Part shown: one piece after another, positions 36,439 to 57,910 of the stretch | Position numbering within the stretch: position 1 is the stretch's first letter | How the letters are laid out: every line of letters starts with the position of its first letter | Assembly (NCBI RefSeq): GCF_009914755.1 | Contig: NC_060935.1 | From: the human T2T-CHM13v2.0 reference genome, Homo sapiens | Strand: one strand, 5' to 3' | Length of the DNA: 64,000 bases | Position numbers and translations under genes: made by a program | The notes under the pieces: model-generated | Seen by the model: the letters and a program-made list of their open reading frames with translations, nothing else | What the model was told of the DNA's origin: nothing | The model's database searches: none

Positions 36439-37529
36439 TGAGGGTGTAGGAGTTCAAGCCACTAGACTTGGTGGCCCAAGTTCTCTCACGTCCATGGGTG
36501 GTGTGAATGAGGAATGCCTTTTCCTTAGCACTGCCCCTGCTCTCCTACAGAGACGAGCCAAAGCTCTTTGGAGTTTTGATGCTAAAAATAGGCACATCAG
36601 AGACCCCAGTAATTTCGTGAACTGCAGAGGAAGGAGTTGGGCTTAGATGATATAACTCTAATTTTCATGTCATCCAGCCCTTGGCTAAACAGAAGAGTGT
36701 GCCCAGGATGAGAACTCTGAGGCCTTGACCAGCTGCCCACATGGGACCTAGGCACCTCTGCTGGGTGTGGAATTAAGAGGTGACTGAGAAGAAGAAGGGC
36801 TATCTTTGACTCCCTTAATGCTGGGTCTAATTGTGTGTCCTTGCCTCTTACAAGAAGGCTTGCTGTGGTTGTGTAGGCAGAAGTTGGTGGGAATCAGGAA
36901 AGCCTTTTTTAAAAACAGAAGTTACAAGGTTATTATCAGGCCCACCCCTGGCCAGCAGAGAGAGAGTGAGCTAAAGAAGTTATTCCAAAGGTTTTAAATT
37001 TAGGGCCCCTCAGGGCTGCTGAATATGTGGATACCTTTCTGGATCTGTAGACATGCTTCTCTTTCTTGTTAGTTCTCCACTTGTACAATGGCTCAATCAC
37101 ATTGCTTTACAGCTAAATATCAGCTAAATCCCCAGTCCTGGAAATCACACTTTAAGCCTCTTTGACTCTGCCCCAAGTGGACACTGAACAATGTATCATA
37201 TATTAGACTATCCTGTGAATTATGGGACTCAGAGCTGTGAAAATTCTTGGGCAATATCTTGTCCAATCTCTTCCTTTCCTAGGTAAAACAGAGACTAAGA
37301 CAGTGAATGACTTACATGAGGAGGCCCCATATATGGCAAAGCCAGGACTAGATTCTAGGATTCCTAATTTGGTGCTTACTCTAGAATACCATGCATCGAC
37401 CTACAGATAGAAAAGAGAGAACTTTGGACATTACATTTAGAACACTACATTAAGCCATTGTAGTGTTTCCAAAGATAGGCAAGGTTCAGTTCCTCCTGAG
37501 GAATTATGATTCTGTTTGGATTTGGCCGG

Positions 37530-37725
37530 CCTGCCTCCCTCCCTCCTTCCCTCCCTCCTTCCCTTCCCTTCCCTTCCCTTCCCTCCCCTCCCCTCCCCTC
37601 CCCTCCCCCACTCCCCCTTCCCGTCCTCCTCCCCCCTCCCCTCCCTTCCCCTCCTTTCCCCTCCCCTCCCCTCCCCTCCCCTCCTTTCCCCTCCCCTCCC
37701 CTCCCTTCCCCTCCCCTTCCTTTTT
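37530..37725. repeat. Polypyrimidine (CCCTT/CCCCT)n tract
   Basis: About 195 bp of almost only C/T on the + strand. Confidence 0.95.
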
Positions 37726-38105
37726 AAATAAACTATTATCAACTGGACACCAACTTTCTTGTAATGTTTAGCTTTTGGCCCCTAATGGCTAAAGTGGAAC
37801 TGGCTTAGAAACCTTCCTTTCAAATCTTTAATTCCACGAGGTATCATTACTATTATCATTGTTATTGGTTATATCAATACCTGTTAATGGTTATTATATC
37901 AATCATATCAATCAATTATGTCAAAGTGTTCATGCTTACTATATCAATATCGGCCTTTCATGTGGCACTTTGGCCATTAATCCATCATTCCATTTTACCC
38001 TCACTGTATTTCAGTGATATAAACAACAGGAATTACCGTTTTACTTTCTTAGATGGATAGAATAGAGACTAGCAGTATCTTACTTGCCAAAGGTCACAAA
38101 GCTAG

Positions 38106-38537
<432 letters not shown>

Positions 38538-39510
38538 TGAATTCCATTTTCAGTGAAAAGAACAGCTTTGCTGGTAGCATTGCTTTTTCTAGGGATGACT
38601 GGTCCTCTCCAGATTTACTCATAGATCTGCTTCCAGGATTGGATAGTAGAGAGCTGTGAGCTGCAGCCGAGATTCAGTGACGGGCCCCTCCCGTGGAGCC
38701 TAACCCACCTACGGCTCCTGTCCAGTTATGGGATTTGGAAAACAAACGTGGGAAGATGGGGCTCTCTGGGTTGGAAGAGCCCTGGTTAGTGGCTTATGAG
38801 GTAGAGGGACACAGTGTGGGATTCCTGATGGATTTTAGTTCCCAAACTCAGCTCCACCTTGGCTCCTTTAACATGAGGCCGTCCTCTATCAGAAAGCGAA
38901 GGCACAGGGCAGGTGGAAGGCAGAGCGGGAACTGAGCTGGTTATGTCCACCTGGGCTCAAAGGAAGCTGCAGTTCGATTGACTGTGGAGAGTACATATAT
39001 TAGATCAGCTGGTAAAATAAAGATATACAGAATCTTGTGGGGTTTTTTCTGTAGTAAGAAAATTATTTTGATGTGTATTTCTATTATTCAATTTGTTCAT
39101 TTTCTTACTGTGTTAATCAAATAGGAGAACAATTATAGATGTATACAAACACATATAAATGTGCCATAGACATACATGTGTGTCCATATACATAAATGGT
39201 CACTCTCACTAGTGTGGCCAATGGAATGTGTGTTTTGTTCTCTGACCCACAACACCAACCCAGTGTGTATACAGGTACCACTGTGAAAATAGGCTGACTC
39301 CAAGATGATACACACACATTGGTAAATTCGCAGACCAAACCTGATTAAGTGTAGGAATACACTTAATTCAGAGCCTAAAAACAATGCAGTTAATTAAAAT
39401 ACATTTCAGTGATTTCAGAAACTGTTAACAAGCAAATTCCTAGTCTCTGTTGGAAACTAACAGAAATATTTGTTATTAGTATTTTACTCTGCTGTGTTAA
39501 TAAGAATACT

Positions 39511-39758
39511 CATGTTCTCACTCATAGGTGGGAATTGAACAGTGAGAACACATGGACACAGGAAGGAGAACATCACACTCTGGGGACTGTTGTGGGGTGG
39601 GGGGAGGGTGGAGGGATAGCATTAGGAGATATACCTAATGCTAAATGACGAGTTAATGGGTGCAGCACACCAGCATGGCACATGTATACATATGTAACTA
39701 ACCTGCACATTGTGCACATGTACCCTAAAACTTAAAGTATAATAATAATAAGAAGAAG
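39511..39758 (+). mobile_element. Strongly 5'-truncated young L1PA (3' UTR, ~250 bp)
   Basis: catgttctcactcataggtgggaattgaac...cttaaagtataataat; 12-bp TSD AATAAGAATACT at 39499-39510 and 39759-39770. Confidence 0.93.
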
Positions 39759-41382
39759 AATAAGAATACTTTCAATGACTTTAAAAATTAACTGTTTTGA
39801 ACTTTTCAAATTGTCAGGAATTTAAAAAAATACATATATCATTAAAAAATACTCAAAGCTTCCCTCTATCTAAGGGCATGTCTTATTTGCCAGTTGGCAG
39901 ATGGACCACCACGTTTGTAAATAAACGTGTCCTTCCTGTGGGCTGTAACCTCTGCACCATCTTTCTGTTGTTTGTCATTCTCGTACAGAGGTGGTGAATC
40001 ATAACTTTCGCTTGGTGGCTGTTATGTGCTTAGCACTGTGCTAGGTATTGGACATACTGGGCCAGTGAAAGGATCTTTATAAAAGAGAGCTTTTTGAAAA
40101 TAAATGTATTTAACTTATGCTGATGTCTTTCTTTCAGTTGTCTTTCCAGAAATTAAGACAGGCTGATGTTGAGCCATCCATGCACTCCCACGTAATGTAA
40201 TTAGTTACCTACCAGAGGGGCGTGGCAGCTGAGTCAGAAGAGGTGTATGGAGCTGTGGGCAGCTTGGGATTTTTGTTTTGTTTTTAAATTCTGTTTTCCC
40301 TGTGTGTGTGGGTATGTGTGTCTGTGGTGAGAACATGAAACTCTACTCTGTTGGTAATTTTCAAGTGTACAGTGTATTGGTACTAACTATAGCCACTTTG
40401 ATGTTCAGTAGATCTCTTGAATTTATTCCTCTTGTCTAAATGAAATTCTGCATCCTTTTAAAACTCTTTTTAAAAAAACTCTTGAAGCCAACTTGGCTCA
40501 TGCTGGGATTGAACAGTTGTTTCTTTAGCACTGTCCATCATATACTGTGATGAACAGGAGGAATATTCTGTCTTGATAGGCAGAGCGATTCTTTAAATAA
40601 AGAAATGAACATCTAAAAGACAATGCTCCTAATTAGTGGTTCTCAGACCGAGGCGTTGACTATCTTGCAGGTGATCTCATCTGTTACAGAAATATTGTTC
40701 ATAATAACATCGTGATGATACTCCACATAACATCTTTATTGTACTTATAGTTTTCCCCTTTTGGCAAAACATCACCATGAATCTAAGTCAATGCTGGTGA
40801 CTTGTGTGGAAGTTTTTCCTTTGTCTCTTTTTACAAAATCAAGTAGAAGATCATGGGGGAAAGTGGACCAAGAATCGGAAAGGACTAAGAAGCCCTGGTG
40901 TGGGAGACCTCTCTGGGATCTTACTGGCCCTAATATGTTCATTATTGGCACGTATTTATTGTGCACAAACCATGAGGTGGTTGAGTGCTGGGATGTAGAG
41001 ATAAATGATCTGGATGCTACTCTTTATATAAATATCAGTGCAAATCATTGTGCTATAGTGTAGTAGGTGCCTTAATCATGGTAAGATGACTGGGGTTAAG
41101 AGCATCTGTGCATTCAGTCTTCACCACTTACCTTCACTTTTGACCTTGGGCAAGTTTCAACTGTGAAATAGAGCTTATAATACTTAGCTTGAGGAGTATT
41201 TGTGAGGGTCAAAGAAGCTAATCCAGGCCCACAGCAAGCACCTATGTGCTAGCTATTGACATTATTTTCTGGAAGGTTGCCCTGTCTGTTAACTGGCAGC
41301 TGCCATCTGACCATTTCCAATGTGATTAAAGTGGCAAGTCTGGAGTGGAACCAAAAGCTACCGCATGTAGGTGTGAAAATGA

Positions 41383-41532
<150 letters not shown>

Positions 41533-42588
41533 TGACATGGGCCACCTCCCCACCCAGAAAGGCCCCATGGGAGATGCTGCTCTGGGGAACGACCTTGATG
41601 CATCCCACTTTGTGAAGCTTTCCCAAATAGTGAAGCTTTCAGGAGCATTTAAGCAGAACAAGGAAGCAATCTGACTGCTTCAAAGTACAGCTACATCCTT
41701 TTCTTCAATACATTATAACACACAAATTTGTACATGAATGGAACCAGCCAGTTCCATCTGAGGCCACATTCAACATCAGAAAGGTCCAAATTGATCTTTT
41801 AGATGCGCAAGGAAATAGGGTATTTTGATGCCAATATGAAATAATTAGGACGAATGTTATTTAAAGCCAGATTTATTTGACCCAAAGTTTTTTGGTCCTG
41901 AAGATATATACAACTGAAATGTCTGAAGCAAGCCATAAATAACTAGGACTCCAGGACTTGTTCCTAACTGTAGCTCCCTTGGTGTGGAAATGGCCTTGTC
42001 CACTGCCGAGCCTTCCTGGATGGCTGCTTGAGGCAGAACTGCTTTGCCTTCCATCTCTGCTCCCCTTCCTGAACCAAATAACGCAGAGGCAGTTGCTAAA
42101 TTTAACAGCATTCGGGAATGAAAATCTGGTTGACCAAAGGCTCCTTAGGAGGGGACAAGGGCTTCACCTAAACAGATAAAATGTTTTTCTCTGTTTCTGT
42201 AGTGCTTATTAGCCAGTGTTTATATGCTCAAGAGAAAATGTCAATCGGTGCCTTGCCATGTCAAAAAGCAAGCTCCTAGTGCTCACCTGGGAATCACTAG
42301 GGTTCTGCTGAGCTGAATCAGCAGGGGCTTCAGATGTGGTCTGGCCAGTGCTGCTGTCCCTTGGAGGCATGTTCTTCAGCCAGGCCACAATGTGCCAGAT
42401 TTGGCATGTTCAGTATGCAGCTTACAGAAAAGTAGCTGCCACCAGCAAGGTGGGGGAAGACCTGGGTTTGTAAAGAAAAGACAGAAGACACTTTATTAGC
42501 ATTTTTATCCTTTTAAAAAGGCTCTGCTAATGCCCAGGTTACTGCTTTGAATGAATTCATATGCTCATTTGGTTTGATCAAAGCATAA

Positions 42589-42996
<408 letters not shown>

Positions 42997-43292
42997 TGAA
43001 AACCAACTTCAGGGTGATCTGCTTAGAAATATGCTCCTTAGAAAACAGCAATAGGCATGTGCAACATGAAAGACAGCAAGAGCAGTCATCATTTGATGCT
43101 AAGTGATTGACGGAGTTGAAAGAGTGATGTGTTTTTTCCTTGGTTTGGGATGCCTACTGTGGTTCTTTCTCCTGTATATGGACAGGATTGTGTCTTCTTT
43201 TCTGCTTCTATTGCTCTTTGAGGCAAATACATATAGGCTTAGCTATTTCAGGGGGTAAGGGAGTCCCGAACCTCATTTAACAGGTGGCTTCA

Positions 43293-43600
43293 GGCCAAGT
43301 GCTATGGCTCATGCCTGTAATCCCAGCACTTTGGGAGGCCAAGGCAGAAGGACTGCTAGAGGCCAGGAATTCAAGACCGGCCCAGGCAACATCGCAAGAC
43401 CCTGTCTCTATTTTTAAAAAATCTAAAAATTAGCTGGGTGTGGTGACAGTGCCTGTAGTTGTGTCTACTTGGAAGGCTGACATGGGAGGATCATAAGCCC
43501 AGGAGTTCAAGGCTGCAGTGAGCTATGAATGTACCACGGCACTCCATCCTGGGTGATAGTGAGACCCTGTTGCTAAAAACAAAACAAAACAAAACAAAAA
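43293..43600 (+). mobile_element. AluJ-like SINE with (AAAAC)n tail
   Basis: Alu body; TSD aacaggtggcttca / aacagctggcttca. Confidence 0.9.
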
Positions 43601-44179
43601 AACAGCTGGCTTCAGAAATATAGTGAGGTCCCAACTTTTAATGTCAGATTATCCAGTGTATAGGTTAGCAAAGTATCTTGTTTCTCTTCTTTTTCCATCT
43701 TGCTCTGTGTCTTCTATTCATGGCTCTATTCCTTAAAACTTTTACCAGAGGCTGAAAGGAGTAAGGAGGTGAAACTTGCACTTGTTCATGTTGGTCCTTG
43801 TAGGCATGTCTGGTGATGGATTTGGTGGAGAAGAGATTTTGAATTAAGCATTGAAAAAGAAGATTTCTATTACCCAGCAATGGCAATAGTTCATGCTATT
43901 CCTAGCTTGGGGTCCCACAGATAAGTGGGGTCTGGTAGTGGTTAGAATTCAGTAGTAGATGAAATCACCTTCCACGGGTATTCAAGGTTATCAGACTGAA
44001 GGGTGCTGCTGATATCTATTGTAATACTTTTTTTTCCCCCAAGTAAATGCTAAGGCTAGCTCCATGCTGATTTATACTGGCCTCTAAATTATGTATGGAA
44101 GGAAGCCATTTCTCCACTTTCAGGGATATGGATTTGATATGCAAGCTACATACTCACTCCCAGATGTAACGATTTCTGA

Positions 44180-44362
<183 letters not shown>

Positions 44363-44501
44363 TAAGGTGTCTCCTGGGCTGTGCACATTGCTTTTTCTAT
44401 TCCTTGACAGTTAAGGTTAGCATAATCAAAATTGCTAGCGTTTGTCTTTGATGCCCTAGGAAAAACATAATTCACGTTTCTTGAGCCTAAATGCTTTCAA
44501 C

Positions 44502-44701
44502 CAGCATTGTTCAATAGAACTCTCTGTGACGATGGAAATATTCCATCTGTACTGTTTAATGTGGTGGCTACATGTGGCTGCTCAGCACTTGAAATGTGGC
44601 TCAGGGGGCTGCGGAATTGAATTTTTAATTTTATTTAATTTCATTTCATTTAAATGTAAATTGCCCCATGTGGCTAGCAGGTACTGTATTGGACAGCACA
44701 G
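44502..44701. mobile_element. MER3-like hAT-Charlie MITE in the short intron between the last two exons
   Basis: 'cagcattgttcaatagaac..gatggaaat..catgtggct..cacttgaaatgtggct..tattggacagcacag' matches recalled MER3. Confidence 0.8.
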
Positions 44702-44779
44702 CCTTAGACTTTGCTACTACGTGCTTTGCTTTCCCTCTGCATTCTCAGCCTGAAAAATGGTAGGTAATTGAATAGGTAA

Positions 44780-45070
<291 letters not shown>

Positions 45071-45864
45071 TGAGTAGCCTCTTTATAGACAACATTCTCA
45101 GAGCTTCAGGTATAATATTGTCCTCATCATTTTTTAAGGAAGGGAATGGAAACTAATATTTGTTGGCTGCCTACAAGGCCAGAATTTTGCATTTATTAAT
45201 TCATCTAATTCTCAAGACAACCTATGAGGTAGATATTATAGGCCTCATTTTACAGACAATCAAGTAACTTGCCTAAAGTCACACAGAAATATATTGGTAG
45301 GTACCCCACGTCCATGTGGCATTAACTACAGATGCTTTATTCTCAAAGTGGGGATTCTGTGCTGTTTACTTTGAACTTCAAATTGGGAAGAATGTGGAAT
45401 TCTGCAAATGAAAGAATGTAATGACAATAACCACAGGTTAATGAACAAGGCATCTATAAAAATAAAAAAGAAGTTAACCTAATAGCCTATAGACTCAACA
45501 AGTTTCTGTTTACTCACCACTGTATGCTTACCACTTAGTATATTTCCTGAAACAGTGATACACAACAAAAATTCTCGAATGAATGAATGAATGAATGAGA
45601 AGAAAAGACTGTAGACCAACCACAATAATTATCTTTATTAAAAACAAAAATACTTTCTGGTTACATTAGACAGTTTACATTTATTGCAATAGATTTTATA
45701 ACAATTCATTTTAACAGCTTTATTGCAAAGATAATTTATAATACAATTTACTTGCTTTAAGTGTAAAAATCAATGGTTTTTGGTAAATTTGCAGAGAATT
45801 GCAATTATCACCATAATCTAATTTTAGAACATTTTTGTCACTCCAATAGTTACTATTTATATGA

Positions 45865-46554
45865 ATTTCTTTTAAAAATGTATTGATACATTTACATATT
45901 TATGGAATAGATGTGATATTTTGACACATGCATTAAATGTGTAGTGCTCAGATCAGGGAATTTAGGATATCTATCACCTTGAATATGTATCTTTCCTTTG
46001 TGTGGGGCATTTCAAATCTTGTCTTCTGGCTATTTTGAAATATACAATAAATTGTTGTTAACTATAGTCACCCTACTGTGCTATTGAACACTAGAACTTA
46101 TTCCTTTTATCTAAATGCACGTTTGTAGCCATTAACCAACCTCTCTTCATCCCAGCTTCTTTCCCAGCCTCTGGTAACTATCAGTCTACTCTGTACTTCC
46201 ATGAAATCAACTTTTTAAGCTCCCACATGTGAGTGAGAACCTGAGATATTTGTCTTTCCCTGCCTGGCTTATTTCACTTAACATAATGACTTCCAGTTCT
46301 GACCATGTTGTTGCAAATGATAGGATTTCATTTCTTTTTAAGGCCGAATAGTATTCCCTTGTGTATATATATCACATTTTCTTTATCCATTCATCCATTG
46401 ATGTATACTTAGGTTGATTCCATATCTTGGCTATTGTGAATAGTGCTGCAATAAACATGGAAGTGTAGGTATTCTTTTGATATACTAATTTCCTTTCCTT
46501 TGGATAAATACCCAGTAGTGGCCTTGCTGGATCATGTGGGAGTTCTATTTTTAG

Positions 46555-46585
<31 letters not shown>

Positions 46586-48323
46586 GGTTTTGTTTTGTTT
46601 TGCTTTGTTTTGTTTTGCATGTGTGTGTGCGTGTGAAACCTCTGTAGTGTTTCCCATAATGGCTGTACTCATTTCTAGTCCCACCAGTAGTGTAGAAGAG
46701 TTCCCCTTTCTCCATATCCTCACTAGCATTTGTTACTTTTTGTCTTTTTAATAGTAGCCATTTTTACTGGCATGACATGATATCTCATTGTGGTTTTGAT
46801 TTTTATTTCCCTGATGATTAGTAATGTTGAGAATTGTTTTTTCATATACCTGTTGGCCATTTGTATGTCTTCTTTTGAGAAATATTTGTGTAAATCCTTT
46901 GCCCAGTTTTTAAAGAAATTATTTGTTTTCTTGCTGTTGAGTTGTTTGAGTTTCTTGCATATTCTGGATACTAATCCCTTGTTGGATGAATAGTTTGCAA
47001 ATATTTTCTTTTATTCAACAGGTTGTCTCTTCATTTTGTTGATTGATATCTTTGCTGTGTAGAGACTTTTTAGTTTAATATAGTCCCATTTGTCTATTTT
47101 TGCTTTGTCGCTTGGGCTTTTGAAATCTTACCCATAAAATATTTGCCTCAACTAATGATGAAGCATGTTCACTTTGTTTTCTTCTAGTAGCTTTATAGTT
47201 TCTGGTTGCACATTTAAATCTTTAATCCTCTTTGAGTTGATTTTTGTTTATGGTGAGACACAGGGGTATAATTTAATTCTTCTGCATATGGATATCCAGT
47301 TTTCTCAGCACCAGTTTTTGAAGAGAGCATCCTTTCCCCAATGTATGTTCTTGACATCTTTGTTGAAAATCAGTTGGCTGTAAATACATGGATTTATTTC
47401 TGAGTTCTGTTTTGTTACACTGCTCTATGTGTCTGTTTTTATACAATACCATGCTGTTTTGGCTACTATAGCTTCACACTATACTTAAAAGTCAGGTAGT
47501 GTGATGTCTCCAGCTTTGTTCTTTTTAGTGAGTATTGCTTGGGCTATTCAGGGTCTATTGTGGCTTTATACAAATTTTAGGATTTTTTTTCTATTTCTGT
47601 GAAGAATTTCATTGGTGTATTGATAGGGATTGCATTTGATCTGTGGGTTTTTTGTGAGTAGTATGGTCACCTTAACAATTTTAATTCTCCCAATCCATAA
47701 GCATGAGATACCTTTCCATTTGTCCTCTTCAATTTCTTCCATCAGCGTTTTGTAATTTTCCTTGTAGAGATTTTCACTTGGTTAAATTTATTCCTAGATT
47801 TCTCATTTTTTTGTAGGTATTATAAATGAGATTGCCTTCTTGATTTATTTTGCTGCTAGTTCATTATTGGTGTATAAAAATGCTACTGATTTTTGCATGT
47901 TGTTTTTATGTCCTGCAACTTTACTGAATTTGTTTATCTGTTCTAAGAGTTTTTGATTGAATCTTTAGGTTTTTCTGTATATAAGATCATGTTATCTGCA
48001 AAGGGACAGTTTGACTTTCTGTTTCCCAGTTTGGATGTCTTTTATTTTTCTCTCTTGCTTGATTGAACTGGCTAGGACTTCTAGTACTATGTTAATAGGA
48101 ATGATGAGAGTGAGCACCCAGGAATTGTTCCAGTACTTTCAGCTTTTCTCCGTTCAGTATGATATTATCTGTGGGTTTGTCATATATGACCTTCATTATG
48201 TTGAGACATGTTCCTTCTGTGCCTAATTTTTTGAGAATTTTTATCATAAAGGGACATTGAATTTTATCAAATGCTTTTTGTGCATCTATTCAGATAATCA
48301 TATGGTTTTTATTGTTCATTCTT
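45865..48323 (-). mobile_element. Older L1 (L1MA/L1PB-like), 3' part: 3' UTR and ORF2 C-terminus
   Basis: Degenerate ORF2 peptides (e.g. 46372-46620 ...[17 protein letters not shown]...[17 protein letters not shown]) on the - strand; contains a (TTTTG)n run at ~46558-46617. Confidence 0.88.
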
Positions 48324-54470
<6,147 letters not shown>

Positions 54471-54658
54471 AACCGTTCTATTGTTCATTCTTATGTGATA
54501 TATGACATTTATTGATTTGTATATATTGAAACATTCTTGCATCCCTGGAATAAATCCTGCTTGATCATGGCGTATTATCTTTTTGATGTGTTGTTAGATT
54601 CAGTTTGCTAGTATTTTCTTGAGGATTTTTGCATCTATGTTTAGATATTGGCTTGTAG

Positions 54659-54661
<3 letters not shown>

Positions 54662-54706
<45 letters not shown>
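54662..54706. repeat. (TG)~22 microsatellite
   Basis: Perfect TG run inside the old L1. Confidence 0.95.
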
Positions 54707-54707
<1 letters not shown>

Positions 54708-57028
54708 TGTCCTGGTCTAGTTTTGATATCAGGGTAATGCTAGTCTTGTAGAATGAGCTAGGAAGAATCCCCAAATTCCTTCATCTTCAGTTTTTTTTGA
54801 AATAGTTTAGGAAGCATTGGTATTAGTTCTTCTTTGTAAGTATGGTAGAATTTAGCAGTAAAGACAACTAGTCCTGGACTTTGCTGAGAGACATTTTGTT
54901 CCTGATTCAATCCTGTTATTAGTTATTGGTCTGTTCAGGTTTTCTATTTCTTCCTGATTCAACCTTGGTAGGTTGTATGTGTCCAAGAATCTATCCATTT
55001 TCTGTAGGTTTTACAAAGTGTATAGTTGTTCATAACAGTCTGTAATGATTCTTTGTATTTCTGTGGTATCAGTAGTATTATCTTCTTTTTTATTTCTGAT
55101 TTTACTTGGGTTTTCTCTCTTTTTGCCCCTTAAGTTAGTCTAACTGGTGCTTTATCATTTTGTTATCTTTTAAAAAACCAAATTTACATTTCATTGATTC
55201 TTTGCTTGTTTTGATCTCTACTTTATTTAGCTCTGGCCTAATCTTTATTATATTTTTCCTTCTACTAATTTTGGATTTAATTTTCTACTTTTTTGATGTA
55301 GGTGTATATTGCAATAAATTTTCCTCTTAGCACTCTTTTTTGTTGTATCTCACATGTTTTGGTATGTTCTGTTTCCATTTTCACTTGTTTTTAAAAATTT
55401 TTTTTAAATCTCCTTCTTAATTTATTCATTGACCCAGTGCTTGTTCAGGAGCATGTGGCCTAATTTCTAAGTATTTGTTCAGTGTCCAAAATTTCTCTTA
55501 TTATTGATTTCTAGTTTTATTCCATTGTGGTCTGAGAAGATAGTTGATATGATTTCAATTTTTAAAAATTTGTCAGGACTTGGTTTTTGGCCTAACATAC
55601 GGTCTATCTTGGAAAATATTCTGTGTACTAATGAGAAAAATGTGTATTCTGCAGCTGTTGGGTAAAATATTCTGTAAATGCCTGTTAAGTCCATTTGGTC
55701 TAAAGTGCAATTTAAGTAAATTTTTTTTGTTGATTTTCTTTCCAATGTTGAGAGTAGGGTGTTAAATTCCCCAATTTTCTTTACTTTGGAATTTATCTCT
55801 CCCTTTAGATCTAATAATATTTGCTTTACATATTTGGGTGCTGTGATGTTGGATGGATATATATTTAGAATTGTTGTATCCTCTTGCTGAATTTGTCCTT
55901 TCTTCATTATGTAATGATCTTCTTTGTCTCTTTTTACAGCCTTTGACTTAAAGTCTGTTATATCTGACACAAATATAGCTACTCCTGCTTGCTTTTGGTT
56001 TTGATTGTCACAAATTATCTTTTTCCATCCCATTACTTTCAGTCTATGTGTGTCTTTACAGGTGAAGTGAGTTTCTTGTAGGCAGCATATATTTGAGTTT
56101 TTTTTGTTTGTTTGTTTGTTTTTTTTTTTTTTTAGCTGTTCAACCAGTCTGTATCTTTTAAGTGGGGAATTTAATCTGCTTATATTCAAGGTTATTATTG
56201 ATAAGTGAGAAGTTATTCCTGTCATTTTGTTTATTGTTTTATGGTTGTTTGTGTACCCTTTGTTTCATTCTCTCTTATCATTTATTATTGTAGTTTGGTG
56301 GCTTTCTGTAGCAGTAACATTTGACTCCTTCTCTTTCGGTTTTGTGTATATGATCTGCCATTGAGTTTACACTTTTGTGTGTTTTTATTATGTCATATAT
56401 CAACCCTTCACTTCTAAATGTAGGACACACTTAAATGTTCTTGTAGGGCTGGCCTGGTGGTGAATTCCCTCAGTTTTTGCTTGTCTGGGAAATACTATTT
56501 TTCTTCATTTTTGAAGGATAGCTTTGCTGGGTATAGTATTCTTGATTAGCAGGTTTTTTTTATTTCAGCACTTTGAATATATCCTTGCATTCTCTCCTAT
56601 CCTACAAGAGTTCTGCTGAGAGATCTGCTGTTGGTCTGATGGGGTTCTATTATATATAACTTGATGCTTTTCTTTCACTGTTTTTAGAATTCTGTCTTTG
56701 GCTTTTGTCACTTTGAGTGTAATATGCCTTGGAGAAGACAATTTTTCGGTTGAATCAATTTGGGATCTTTGAGCTTCCTATATGTAGATGTTTATATCTC
56801 TTGCAAGACTTGGGAAGTTTTCAGCTATTATTTCATTAAATAGGTTTTCTATGCCTTTGGACATCTTTTGCCCTTCTGGAACTCCCCAAATTGGTATATT
56901 TGGTCACTTTATGATGTCTTATATTTAACATAGGATTTCTTCTTTCTTTCTTATTCCTTTTTTTTTTTTTTTTTGCCTGACTAGGTTATTTCAAAGACCT
57001 GTATTCAAGTTTTAAAATTCTTTATTCT

Positions 57029-57321
<293 letters not shown>

Positions 57322-57560
57322 TTATTCTGTTTGATCTAGCATATTGTTGAAGCTCTTGATTGTATTTTTTAATTTCATTCATTGAATTCTTCAGTTCCAA
57401 AATTTCTGTTTGGTTCTTTTTATCTGTCTCTTTGTTGAATTTCTCACTCAGATCATGAATTATTTTTCTGATTTCTTTGTATTGTTTATTTGTGTTTTCC
57501 TGTATCTCACTGAACTTCTTTAATATCATTATATTGAATTCTTTCTCAGGTATTTCATAG

Positions 57561-57910
<350 letters not shown>

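Noticed and set aside
37437-37771. Pro-rich and Gly/Arg/Glu-rich ORFs
   Set aside because: Translations of the polypyrimidine repeat.
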